From: Candidatus Latescibacterota bacterium
GTDB lineage: Bacteria > Latescibacterota > UBA2968
Reading direction: 5' to 3'
DNA length: 64,000 bases
Assembly (NCBI GenBank): GCA_965207885.1
Contig: OZ242311.1
Location: forward strand, 1,088,001-1,152,000
The translations under genes were made by a program, and so were the position numbers. Positions 1-8,749 of the stretch are shown here, piece after piece (position 1 is the first letter of the stretch; every line of letters starts with the position of its first letter). The notes beneath the pieces were generated by a model that saw nothing but the letters and a program-made list of their open reading frames with translations, was not told where the DNA came from and searched no databases.

Positions 1-472
1 TTTTTTCGCGTCTATGCTCTATACGATTTATCTGGGTTATGACAATGCGGCGCAGAATTTGGGGTTGGGTGGATTTCAAGGTGGTAATCGGAATCTCTAT
101 AATCGCATGGTTTCGATTATTGTGCAGGCAGATAAGACGGTGTTCGATCCGGCCAAGGTGACTGTGTGGGTTCTGGGCGTGCTTTTTGCCGGTTTGCTCA
201 CGCTTTTGAGAAATCGCGTGCCCTGGTGGCCGCTGCATCCGATGGGACTGGCTTTTCAGATTAGCCAGGGGTCGAGGACGTATGCTTTCAGTATGTTCCT
301 GACGTGGTCGGCCAAGCATATGATTCTGCGGTTTGGCGGTATTCCGCTTTACAATCGCGTGCGTCCGTTTTTCTTTGGTCTCGTTGTCGGATATGTGACG
401 GGGTGCGCGCTTTCTTCGCTTGTGGATTATGTCTGGTTTCCGTCAACGCCACACTGGACGCATGGATGGTAG
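1..472 (+). CDS. DUF6785/DUF6784-type integral membrane protein, 3' part (truncated by window start)
   Basis: Frame open from position 2; WWPLHPxG motif and C-terminal DYVWFP...HGW shared with full-length paralogs at 5617 and 15227. Confidence 0.8.
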   Translation, partial: FFASMLYTIYLGYDNAAQNLGLGGFQGGNRNLYNRMVSIIVQADKTVFDPAKVTVWVLGVLFAGLLTLLRNRVPWWPLHPMGLAFQISQGSRTYAFSMFLTWSAKHMILRFGGIPLYNRVRPFFFGLVVGYVTGCALSSLVDYVWFPSTPHWTHGW

Positions 473-493
473 AAGTGTGAAAAGGAGAATAAA

Positions 494-1627
494 ATGAAGA
501 CTACGGCAGGAGATACTATGGATGCTTATGTCCGCGAGGGCGAGGAGATGGCGTTTGCGCTTGGGAATCGCGGTGCTATCAAGTTTAATGCGGACGGTGC
601 GCTGGATGAGGTTATTGCAGAGGCGTATTGGCGCGTGGGGTTCTATGTGTTTGAGGGTGCGCTGGGCGATGAGGAACTCGAAGATTTGCAGGCGGATCTG
701 GCGCATGCGTTTGAGCGGGCGCCGCATACTAAAGACGCGCTGGTCGATTCAATGGGTCGCAAAGCGCTCGGGGCGGATTTGGCGCGACAGCCATTTCGAT
801 TTGTCAAACCGCTGAGCGATCCCGTGGGGGGTACGTCGAGCAATAATGGGCGGCATCCGGCCAGGATGTCGGAGCCAGAGCCTCCGGCTGATGCGCCGGA
901 TTATGTGATTTCCAATATTGCTGCGCCACTGCAAATTATGGATTCTTGTTTGCGGCTTTATGGACATCCCGAACTGCTGTCTGTTGCAGAGCAGATCAAT
1001 GGGCCGGATTTTACGCCGTTTACGGAGTCTGTTATTGTCAAGCAGCCGGGGCTGGGTGCATCGGTGGCCTGGCATCAGGACGGTACCACGCAGTGGGATA
1101 GGCCCGATTGGGATGAGGGTACGCACGGGTTTAATTTTATGGCTCAGCTTTTCGGGAGTACGGCGGCCAACGGGGTATGGGTGATTTCCGGGTCGCACAA
1201 GCAGGGCAAGCTGGATATTAAAGCGATGATTGCGGATAATGATGGTTCTGACCGTTTGCCGGGGGCGGTTCCCATGGTGTGTGAGCCCGGCGATGTGGTT
1301 ATGTCCAACCGTCAGGCTCTGCACGCTTCTTTTGCCAATACGTCGTCGGATAAGCGGATGACGATTAATTTTGGCTTTCATCGTCGGTCTTCTGTCCTGA
1401 ATGCGCGGGTGAGGCGTGGGGATGAGGAGGTGATTTACGATGAGGAGCGTATCTATGAGCGTTCTCGTTTGATCGCTTTGGGGATCGATGCGCGGCAGCA
1501 GCGATTTCCAGATGAATCGCGCTATGTTTATCAGCCTCTGATTGGGGAGGAGGATGCCAACCGGTGGAATGAAGAGACGCGGGAGAGTGTTTTAAAAAAT
1601 TATAATCTGAGAGATCTGGGGCTTTGA
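494..1627 (+). CDS. Phytanoyl-CoA dioxygenase (PhyH) family Fe(II)/2OG oxygenase
   Basis: KQPG..VAWHQD, distal LHAS, R in SDKRMT; RBS AAGGAG. Confidence 0.85.
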   Translation: MKTTAGDTMDAYVREGEEMAFALGNRGAIKFNADGALDEVIAEAYWRVGFYVFEGALGDEELEDLQADLAHAFERAPHTKDALVDSMGRKALGADLARQPFRFVKPLSDPVGGTSSNNGRHPARMSEPEPPADAPDYVISNIAAPLQIMDSCLRLYGHPELLSVAEQINGPDFTPFTESVIVKQPGLGASVAWHQDGTTQWDRPDWDEGTHGFNFMAQLFGSTAANGVWVISGSHKQGKLDIKAMIADNDGSDRLPGAVPMVCEPGDVVMSNRQALHASFANTSSDKRMTINFGFHRRSSVLNARVRRGDEEVIYDEERIYERSRLIALGIDARQQRFPDESRYVYQPLIGEEDANRWNEETRESVLKNYNLRDLGL

Positions 1628-1634
1628 TTAAGGT

Positions 1635-3083
1635 ATGGATGCGATTTCGAGAAATCTCCTGGCGGGTGTTGCAAAGGTAGTGATAACCGATCCGGAGGCG
1701 GGACCGGCTAATGACCCACTTTATGTCAAAGCTCTGGCTCTGAGGTCTGGTGATGAGATAGCTGTTATTGTGACTGTAGATGCGGTAGCGATAGCTGAGA
1801 TCGGTTCTATCAAAAATGATTTTCTCGCCAATGTGCGTTCTCAATTGAACAGGGAGTTAAATCTCGATTCTGCGCGTATTCTGATCAATGCCAGCCATTG
1901 TCATGGTAAGGTGTGTGCAGATGTGGAAGCGCGAACTGTTCAGGCGGTCGTGGAGGCGTGGCAAAATATGGTTCCCGTGAGTGTGGGTGCTGGTACTGGC
2001 TGCGAGGACAGGATTATGGAGAATCGCAGGCTTGTGCTGAAGAATGGAAGGGAAGCCGATATCCGCCACGCGTATTCGCTTCCGCCCGATGAGGAAATCG
2101 CTTCGGTCGGGCCAGTTGATTCGGAGATTGGCATTCTTCGGTTGGATAGGAAGGATGGTGAGACGCTGGCGGTTGTTTTCAATTTTGCGTGTCATCCGAT
2201 TCTGGAGGTGCCGAGCAGAGAAAATACGGCGGATATTTCCGGGTTTGCGTCAAGGGTGATTGAGGATAATTTGAGCGAGGATACGATTGCGCTGTTTTTG
2301 CAGGGTTGTGGGGGCGATGTCAATCCGATTTTGTACAAGGATGTCAATAATCCTCGGGATGCCGAGATTTTGGGAAATATGCTGGGTCTTAGCACGTTGC
2401 AGGGGTTGAAGAAGATCTGTAGTAGTAAGGGTGGAGAGTTGAAGGTTATCCGTGAGACCATTGAACTTCCGAGGGCTGATCTCGCAGAGCGTATCGAATC
2501 TCTACAGGCCGAACAGATACAATTGCTTGGGGCGCTGAAGGGGACGAGTCTCAATTTGAAGACGTTTATTCCTCTGTATGTGAAATGCAATCTTTCCCGC
2601 GATTTTCCTTCTTATTATTCTCATCGTTATTTGCATGAGGAGATGATGGGGAGAGATGGTTTGAAGAAGCTGGATGCCGAAAATAGAGCGAATATGGACC
2701 GGTATATTGAGAATATTTACGCGATGGAGCAATTGACGAGGATCCAGATTAATCTAAATTTGCTTAAAAAACATCAGGCGCGGAATGTCGCTGCTGGAGA
2801 GAGTACAATTGAAGTTGAGATGATGGGTTTGAGAGTTGGGGAATTTGTTCTGGTGACGTTTCCGGGTGAGTTGTCGGTGGAGATCGGTCTCAATATTAAG
2901 AAAGGGTCTCCGCATAAGTTCACTTTTGTCGCGGGTGTTACAAATGGCTATATCTATTATACGCCAACGGCTGAGCAACTCAAAAATCGGGGCGGTTCAC
3001 AAGAAGATAGCGATTGTATGCTGGCGCCTGAGTGGCAGATGATTTTTGAGGATGAGGTGGAGAAATTATTGGCGGTTTTGTGA
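1635..3083 (+). CDS. Neutral/alkaline ceramidase-like hydrolase
   Basis: DPLYVKAL, ASHCH, NFACHP, FLQGCGGDV and FPGEL motifs of this family. Confidence 0.7.
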   Translation: MDAISRNLLAGVAKVVITDPEAGPANDPLYVKALALRSGDEIAVIVTVDAVAIAEIGSIKNDFLANVRSQLNRELNLDSARILINASHCHGKVCADVEARTVQAVVEAWQNMVPVSVGAGTGCEDRIMENRRLVLKNGREADIRHAYSLPPDEEIASVGPVDSEIGILRLDRKDGETLAVVFNFACHPILEVPSRENTADISGFASRVIEDNLSEDTIALFLQGCGGDVNPILYKDVNNPRDAEILGNMLGLSTLQGLKKICSSKGGELKVIRETIELPRADLAERIESLQAEQIQLLGALKGTSLNLKTFIPLYVKCNLSRDFPSYYSHRYLHEEMMGRDGLKKLDAENRANMDRYIENIYAMEQLTRIQINLNLLKKHQARNVAAGESTIEVEMMGLRVGEFVLVTFPGELSVEIGLNIKKGSPHKFTFVAGVTNGYIYYTPTAEQLKNRGGSQEDSDCMLAPEWQMIFEDEVEKLLAVL

Positions 3084-3120
3084 AGGTGTAATTTTTATTT
3101 TTTTGAATAGGAGAATGGTC

Positions 3121-5586
3121 ATGGGTAAATCGATAAACGTCGGTTGCGAAGACCATTTGGCGATGGACGAGCGGCATATTTACCCCCGGTATATGGGGTT
3201 TCGCCCGGCGGATGGTCAGGTGTGCGATGTGAATCCGCCCAGGTTTAGCTGGCCGTTTGATCCGGCGATTATTCCGCAGGGGCCACTGCCGATAGAGCGG
3301 AGGTTCAGGCTGCGGATTGGGCGCACACCCGATTTGAGGGATCCGGTGGTCGATGTCAAACAGACGCCGTATAATTTTTACAATGCACTTCCGGTTTTGA
3401 AGGGTGCTCGCAAGTGGTTCTGGCAGGTGACGTACGATGTGGGAACGCCTCAGGAGCGCGAGAGCGAGGTGAGGCGTTTTGAGCTTGCGCCCGATGCGGT
3501 TGCATGGGATCGCACGGCGATTGAGCAGTTGGTGCATGGGCATCCGAGGATTATTTTTACGCCCGAGAATTTGCAGGACCTGAGAGAACTTCAGGATAAG
3601 GATTTGGAGTGTGGAGAGATTGCGCGGCAGGCGATTCGTCTGGCGGATGAGACGTTGAAGGCGAACTGGTTTGTGAATTTTCCGGAGACGGATGCGGATG
3701 CAGGACCTTTTGCGTTTCCTTTTATTTATCCCGAATACGCGCAGTTGCTCACGAATATGGCGTTTGCGTATATGCTGACGGGGGATGAAATGTACCTGGC
3801 GATGAAAGATCGGCTGTTGACGATGGCGCGTTACCAGCCCAACGGATTTTCTTCGCCAGAGGGTTTTCAGAATGGGGAAAAATTCAATACTAAAGTTACG
3901 GAGTTTATGGGTGTCTGCTTTGACTGGTTGTACCCGATTCTTTCCGAGGCTGAGCGCGAGACGATTATTCATTCGCTGGATTGGCGAATTGAGCATACGC
4001 TGAATGAATATTCCTGGCGGCACGAGGGCGCGGTTCGCGCAGATGGCATTGCGGTGGCGCCGGCTTCTCATCCCTGGGAGAATATTACGTGGACGCTGAC
4101 GGGTGCGCTGGCGGTTGCCGAGCATTCGGAGGCGGCGCGGCAATTCGCGGAACTCGGTTTGCACTATATCACGGGCGTGGGTACCGGGTTTGGTCCGGAT
4201 GAGGGGTGGAACGAAGGTGTTTCTTATAGTACATGGAAGTTCGGTTCTCTGGTGGCGACGTCTCTTTATGCCGCGATGATGCATCCCGATCTTCGTCTGG
4301 GACGCAATCCTTTTTACCGGGGTATGGGGAATTTTCTCTTGAATCTGGCGCCTGTCGGGGTTTTGCGGCCTGCATGGGGCGATATCGCTTTTCAGTATCG
4401 CTATTACGAACGCGGGCAGCACGCGTACCGCAGGAAATTGGCTTATTTGACGGGGGATGGGCGCATGCTGGAGGCGTGGAGGGAGTGGAAACGGGTGTTG
4501 GCGACGGGCGAGGTGAAGCCCCTGAATCTGGGGGAGCCCGATATTACTGAGATTACGGATTATCCCCGACCCTGGATCGAGTATGCGTTGAAGCATTTTT
4601 TTGCAGAGCCAAAGGCAGAGCCTGCACATCCGCGTACGCATCTCTTGCCGGTTGCCGGTTGGGCGATGGGGTATTCAGAGCGGCCCGAGAAGTTGGAGTC
4701 TTTTCGCAAGGGTGTGGGATTTGTGTTTACTTGCCGACCACGCGGGGGATATAGCCACAGCCACAAGAGCAATGGCGGTTTCGAGTTGTTTGCCTATGGA
4801 AAGACGATTGCCACGGGTGGGGGCAAGAAGAGCAATCGGGATGCTGTGGCGCGGTCGAGCCAGTCGCACAATACGGTGTTGATCGATGGCATTGGACAGG
4901 GCGAGGTGCGCGGTTCAGCCGGGTTGCCAAATGCGGGGCACATTGCGGCGTGGAAGGAGACGCCGCAGATGGTCTATGTGTGCGGGGATGTGCGAAATGC
5001 CTATACCGAGCATCCCAATCTGGCGCGGTTTTACCGCCATTTTCTTTTTGTGAGAGATCGCTATTTTGTGGTGTTTGACGATCTGGCTCTGACGTCGGAT
5101 GCCGCGGTGTTTTCATGGTTGTATCACGTTCAACCGGATGTGCCGGTGGCGATATCGGGAGAGGCTTTTGATTATGCGATTGATGAGGTGCAGGTGCAGG
5201 TGCATCACTTTGGGGAGACCGGTCCTTTGAAGGTGGAAAATATGTGCGGCGAGAAGGGGTATCGGAATCCAATTACGGGAGAGGATCTGTACAGTGAAAT
5301 TGAGGCTCAGAAGCAGGCTCTCAGAAAGTCTAAAGAGGATGAGATCTGGGATGGTGCGCCTCTCGTACATAACAATCTCTGGTTTTCTACTGAATCGCGC
5401 CGCGATGCAAAATTTCTCGCGGTTATTGTGCCGCATCGTGAGGGCGAGGACAGGCCATGCGTGCGAAAGGTGGCGCCGAATGTGGTTGGGGTATCGCTGA
5501 AAGAGGGCGTTGAAGATGTAATTGCGTTTGGACGGGAATGGGAGGGTGCGTTTGCGGTGGTTGATTACGAAGTGATGCGTGAGTAA
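3121..5586 (+). CDS. Heparinase II/III-like polysaccharide lyase with DUF4962-like N-terminus
   Basis: NPPRFSWP N-terminal motif, DEGWNEGVSY, SHSH..NGGFELFAYG, SHNTVLIDG; start set at the ATG after AGGAGA. Confidence 0.75.
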   Translation: MGKSINVGCEDHLAMDERHIYPRYMGFRPADGQVCDVNPPRFSWPFDPAIIPQGPLPIERRFRLRIGRTPDLRDPVVDVKQTPYNFYNALPVLKGARKWFWQVTYDVGTPQERESEVRRFELAPDAVAWDRTAIEQLVHGHPRIIFTPENLQDLRELQDKDLECGEIARQAIRLADETLKANWFVNFPETDADAGPFAFPFIYPEYAQLLTNMAFAYMLTGDEMYLAMKDRLLTMARYQPNGFSSPEGFQNGEKFNTKVTEFMGVCFDWLYPILSEAERETIIHSLDWRIEHTLNEYSWRHEGAVRADGIAVAPASHPWENITWTLTGALAVAEHSEAARQFAELGLHYITGVGTGFGPDEGWNEGVSYSTWKFGSLVATSLYAAMMHPDLRLGRNPFYRGMGNFLLNLAPVGVLRPAWGDIAFQYRYYERGQHAYRRKLAYLTGDGRMLEAWREWKRVLATGEVKPLNLGEPDITEITDYPRPWIEYALKHFFAEPKAEPAHPRTHLLPVAGWAMGYSERPEKLESFRKGVGFVFTCRPRGGYSHSHKSNGGFELFAYGKTIATGGGKKSNRDAVARSSQSHNTVLIDGIGQGEVRGSAGLPNAGHIAAWKETPQMVYVCGDVRNAYTEHPNLARFYRHFLFVRDRYFVVFDDLALTSDAAVFSWLYHVQPDVPVAISGEAFDYAIDEVQVQVHHFGETGPLKVENMCGEKGYRNPITGEDLYSEIEAQKQALRKSKEDEIWDGAPLVHNNLWFSTESRRDAKFLAVIVPHREGEDRPCVRKVAPNVVGVSLKEGVEDVIAFGREWEGAFAVVDYEVMRE

Positions 5587-5616
5587 ACGACTTACCTTCA
5601 GTTCAAAGGAGGAATA

Positions 5617-7608
5617 GTGTCTGAGAATGTCATTGTTGCTCCACGGCCCGAAACACAGGCTAGTCCGTTCCCGGATCGTGGGGTCACATTCCGGTCGCTC
5701 GCTCTGGGGCTCTCCATTGTGATCCTTACCAACCTCTGGGTGACCTATGCCGAAGCGGTCGTCAAATCTACCCGGCTCAATCTGGCCTATTTTCAACTCC
5801 CACTCCTGGCCCTCTTCGTCCTGCTGGTGGGATTTCTCAATCCTCTGCTCAAGCTCTACCGGCAACGGCTTGCCTTTTCCCCTGCGGAGCTTCTGACAGT
5901 CGTGGCTATAGGTATTGTCGGGTCGGTCGTTCCCGGTTCCGGCATTACCGGCTTTTTCCTGGGCATCATCACCTCCCCGTTCTACTTCGACACCCCCGAA
6001 AACCAGTGGGCCGAATTCTATCACCCCCACCTCAGCACCTGGATGGTGCCCACCGACCGCGAGGCTCTGAGGATGTTCTACGAGGGGCTACCTCCGGGCG
6101 CACAGGCTCCCTGGACGGTCTGGCTGGTTCCGCTGGTGTGGCGGAGCAGCCTCATCGCGGCCATCCTGGTTGGAACGGCGTGTGTGATGGCCATCCTTCG
6201 AAAGCAGTGGGTTGAGCACGAGAAACTCGTGTACCCGCTGGTCTCCATACCCATTGAATTGGTCAGAGACACCGATTCGGAGCGCCTCTGGCCGACCTTG
6301 ATGCGGAGCAAGCTCTTCTGGGTTGCGGCCCTTCTGGCGTTTGGACTCTTCTTCTGGAAATCCCTCTCCTGGTTCTTTCCCGCCGTCCCCGATATCGCCC
6401 TTATCCCTTCCGGGGGCTACTTCCAATTCACGCGCTACTCGCCTTCCCTACGAGTTCGCCCTTTGCAGTTCTACACGCTCGGCTTTGCGTACTTCGCCAA
6501 TCTGGAGGTCCTCTTCAGTGTCTGGTTCTTCTTCCTGATCCATGTGGTGGAAGGGCACATCATCAACCGCATGGGTCTGCAGACCGAGCAACCCTCGGAC
6601 TCTTTTACCGCCGATCAGGAGATTCAGTCCTGGCAGTGTTTCGGCGCACTGGCCAGCCTGGTCCTCTGGCGACTTTGGGTGGCTCGGCACCATCTGAGAG
6701 ACGTCTTTTTGAAGGCCCTCAATTCCCGTTATCCAGCCGATGACCGCCAGGAGATCCTCTCTTACCGCACATCGGTTTTGGGGCTGCTGCTGAGCCTGTT
6801 GTATATCCTGTTTCTGATCCATCAATCCGGCATGGACCTCCTCACAGCGCTGGTCTTCATGGCCGGTACGGGAATCATTTACATCGGGATGGCCCGAATC
6901 GTCTCCGAGACCGGCCTGGTTACCACGCAGGCCCCCATCACCGCGCAGGCCTTTGCGATGGACATGCGGGGGACCGACGTGATGACAGGGTCCACCCTCA
7001 CCTCGATGCTCCTCTCCTATTCGCTGATTGACTACATCCGTGGCCTGTTCGCGCCGGGGCTGGCGCAGGCCGTCAAGCTGGGCGATCTGGTTCGTAGAAA
7101 CCGACGCATGCTGGTGTTCTGGGTGGTGATCGGTGCATTGGTCGGACTCGTCGCCTCGGTCTGGCTTACGCTTTATCTGGGATACGTCCACGGAGCCTAC
7201 AACTTTGCGTTCTACTACAAAGGGAATCCCAAGAGTGTCTTCTCCTCTACCCTATCGCATATGAGGACACCTGGGCCAATGGCCCTGGACCGGATGATTT
7301 TCTTTGGCATTGGCGCGGCTCTGATGGGTCTGCTCACCTTCCTGCGGTATCGGTTCGCCTGGTGGTCGATCCATCCCATCGGCCTGGCCATATCTGCCTC
7401 GGATAACTCCAAGTCCATCGTCATCCCGGTCTTCTTCGCCTGGGTCTGCAAGGCGATCCTGATGCGCGTTGGCGGGGTGACCCTCTACCGCCGGGCCATG
7501 CCCCTGTTTTTGGGCCTGTTGATTGGCTACACGTTTGGGGTCGTCTGGTGTTTTCTCATTGACGCAGTCTGGTTCCCCGGGCAGGGACATGGCGTGCATA
7601 GTTGGTGA
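5617..7608 (+). CDS. DUF6785/DUF6784-type multi-pass membrane protein (putative transporter)
   Basis: About 16 hydrophobic segments, LRKQWVEHEKLVYPL, WWSIHPIG, C-terminal HGVHSW; GTG start after AAGGAGG. Confidence 0.8.
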   Translation: MSENVIVAPRPETQASPFPDRGVTFRSLALGLSIVILTNLWVTYAEAVVKSTRLNLAYFQLPLLALFVLLVGFLNPLLKLYRQRLAFSPAELLTVVAIGIVGSVVPGSGITGFFLGIITSPFYFDTPENQWAEFYHPHLSTWMVPTDREALRMFYEGLPPGAQAPWTVWLVPLVWRSSLIAAILVGTACVMAILRKQWVEHEKLVYPLVSIPIELVRDTDSERLWPTLMRSKLFWVAALLAFGLFFWKSLSWFFPAVPDIALIPSGGYFQFTRYSPSLRVRPLQFYTLGFAYFANLEVLFSVWFFFLIHVVEGHIINRMGLQTEQPSDSFTADQEIQSWQCFGALASLVLWRLWVARHHLRDVFLKALNSRYPADDRQEILSYRTSVLGLLLSLLYILFLIHQSGMDLLTALVFMAGTGIIYIGMARIVSETGLVTTQAPITAQAFAMDMRGTDVMTGSTLTSMLLSYSLIDYIRGLFAPGLAQAVKLGDLVRRNRRMLVFWVVIGALVGLVASVWLTLYLGYVHGAYNFAFYYKGNPKSVFSSTLSHMRTPGPMALDRMIFFGIGAALMGLLTFLRYRFAWWSIHPIGLAISASDNSKSIVIPVFFAWVCKAILMRVGGVTLYRRAMPLFLGLLIGYTFGVVWCFLIDAVWFPGQGHGVHSW

Positions 7609-7640
7609 ATATGCAGGCTATATTTACTTTTACTAATGGC

Positions 7641-7669
7641 TTGACACAGGATTTCTTAAGGTTTATCTT
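7641..7669 (+). promoter_or_regulatory. Sigma-70 promoter for OMP/TBDR operon 1
   Basis: TTGACA-17 nt-TATCTT. Confidence 0.55.
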
Positions 7670-7726
7670 TTTCAAAGGGAACTGCTGGGCACTATCAGAT
7701 AGGTGTATGGAGAGAGTTCAAGCCTG

Positions 7727-7856
7727 AAAAAAAAGAGCCGTTAGCTACCGACTTTGGCGAGACTGGAGCTAACGGCTTTGGAAAGATGTGAAGAGGCACT
7801 GTCACCTCCTCGCATATCCAGGTCAGGAAATAAAATGGGTTGTCTTTTATTGTCAA
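7727..7856 (-). ncRNA. Putative cis-antisense RNA (CopA-like) with its own promoter
   Basis: Minus-strand TTGACA at 7856-7851; hairpin with TGACAGTG loop; 11-bp stem (7736-7746/7767-7777) with CGCCAAAG loop, followed on the minus strand by a U-tract. Confidence 0.45.
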
Positions 7857-7986
7857 GACAAATCTTGTATTAAAGTGCTATTTGGTAAACTGTTATGCCT
7901 GTTGAAAGGAGGTGAAGCGCGGGAAGATCTAATAGTATTTTGGGGTAGTTTTCGAAGGGATTGAAGGTCTCAAAAAAGGAGGAATT

Positions 7987-8700
7987 ATGAGATACAGGAT
8001 GTTGCTCTTAGCGGGGGTCTTACTGCTGGCCTGGCCCTTTGGCGCCGTCGCGCAAGTTGGGGGGACGTGGGGTTTTGGCGTCGCTGCCAGCTACGATCTG
8101 CCGACCTTCAAATTAAACGAATGGTTTCCCTCCGGTGGTGTCAATCTCGGTGGGACGGTGCTCTACGTCCTCGACGAGCGGTGGACCGCCGAAGTGGAGG
8201 GACACTACATCAAGTACAGTGGCGGAGAACTGGAGAACCGAACATTTCTCTGGTCGATTGACAAGCAGGAGTATGCCAGCCCACAGGCCAGTTCGAAGAT
8301 GACCTGGATGGGCGGGACGATTAGCTGGCTATATCATTTTAATCAGGGGGGTAAGAAGTTGGCAGAAGGCGGGGGTGGGGCGCCCTACCTGGTGGTGGGT
8401 ACGGGGTATTTTAAATATAAGAACGAGGTCAGTGGCCTGATCTGGCCCGGTCAGCCCGCGCCGCCTCTGAACGAGAATCTGCTGCTGGAACCCGCGATTG
8501 ATCAGCACATGACGCTGGGGCTTAATGTGGGGTTGGGGGTGCAGTTTTTCACCTCCCAATCTCTGGCTATCGACTTGAGAGGACAGTATAACATCGTGTT
8601 GGGCAGTGTGCGTCCGCTGGAGGCCTGGGGAATGGAAGAGGTCTTCCCCTTTCAGAAGCTCAATGTCGGTGTGCGGTTCAAGTTCTATACCCAGCAGTAG
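7987..8700 (+). CDS. Small outer-membrane beta-barrel protein (OmpA-TM/OmpW-like), copy 1
   Basis: Signal peptide, alternating aromatic beta-strands, PYLVVGTG; paralog of 39905. Confidence 0.75.
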   Translation: MRYRMLLLAGVLLLAWPFGAVAQVGGTWGFGVAASYDLPTFKLNEWFPSGGVNLGGTVLYVLDERWTAEVEGHYIKYSGGELENRTFLWSIDKQEYASPQASSKMTWMGGTISWLYHFNQGGKKLAEGGGGAPYLVVGTGYFKYKNEVSGLIWPGQPAPPLNENLLLEPAIDQHMTLGLNVGLGVQFFTSQSLAIDLRGQYNIVLGSVRPLEAWGMEEVFPFQKLNVGVRFKFYTQQ

Positions 8701-8749
8701 CCCATATCTGGCAATGTCTCACGACTTTACGCGATAAGGAGGTTTTTCT

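Noticed and set aside
2980-4641. 553-aa minus-strand ORF, and similar long antisense ORFs at 12033, 15239 and 25008
   Set aside because: Shadows of well-supported plus-strand genes, expected from codon bias
7905-7932. Perfect Shine-Dalgarno AAAGGAGGTGA with a tiny ORF VKRGKI
   Set aside because: The GTG overlaps the SD itself and there is no properly spaced start; cannot support a leader peptide
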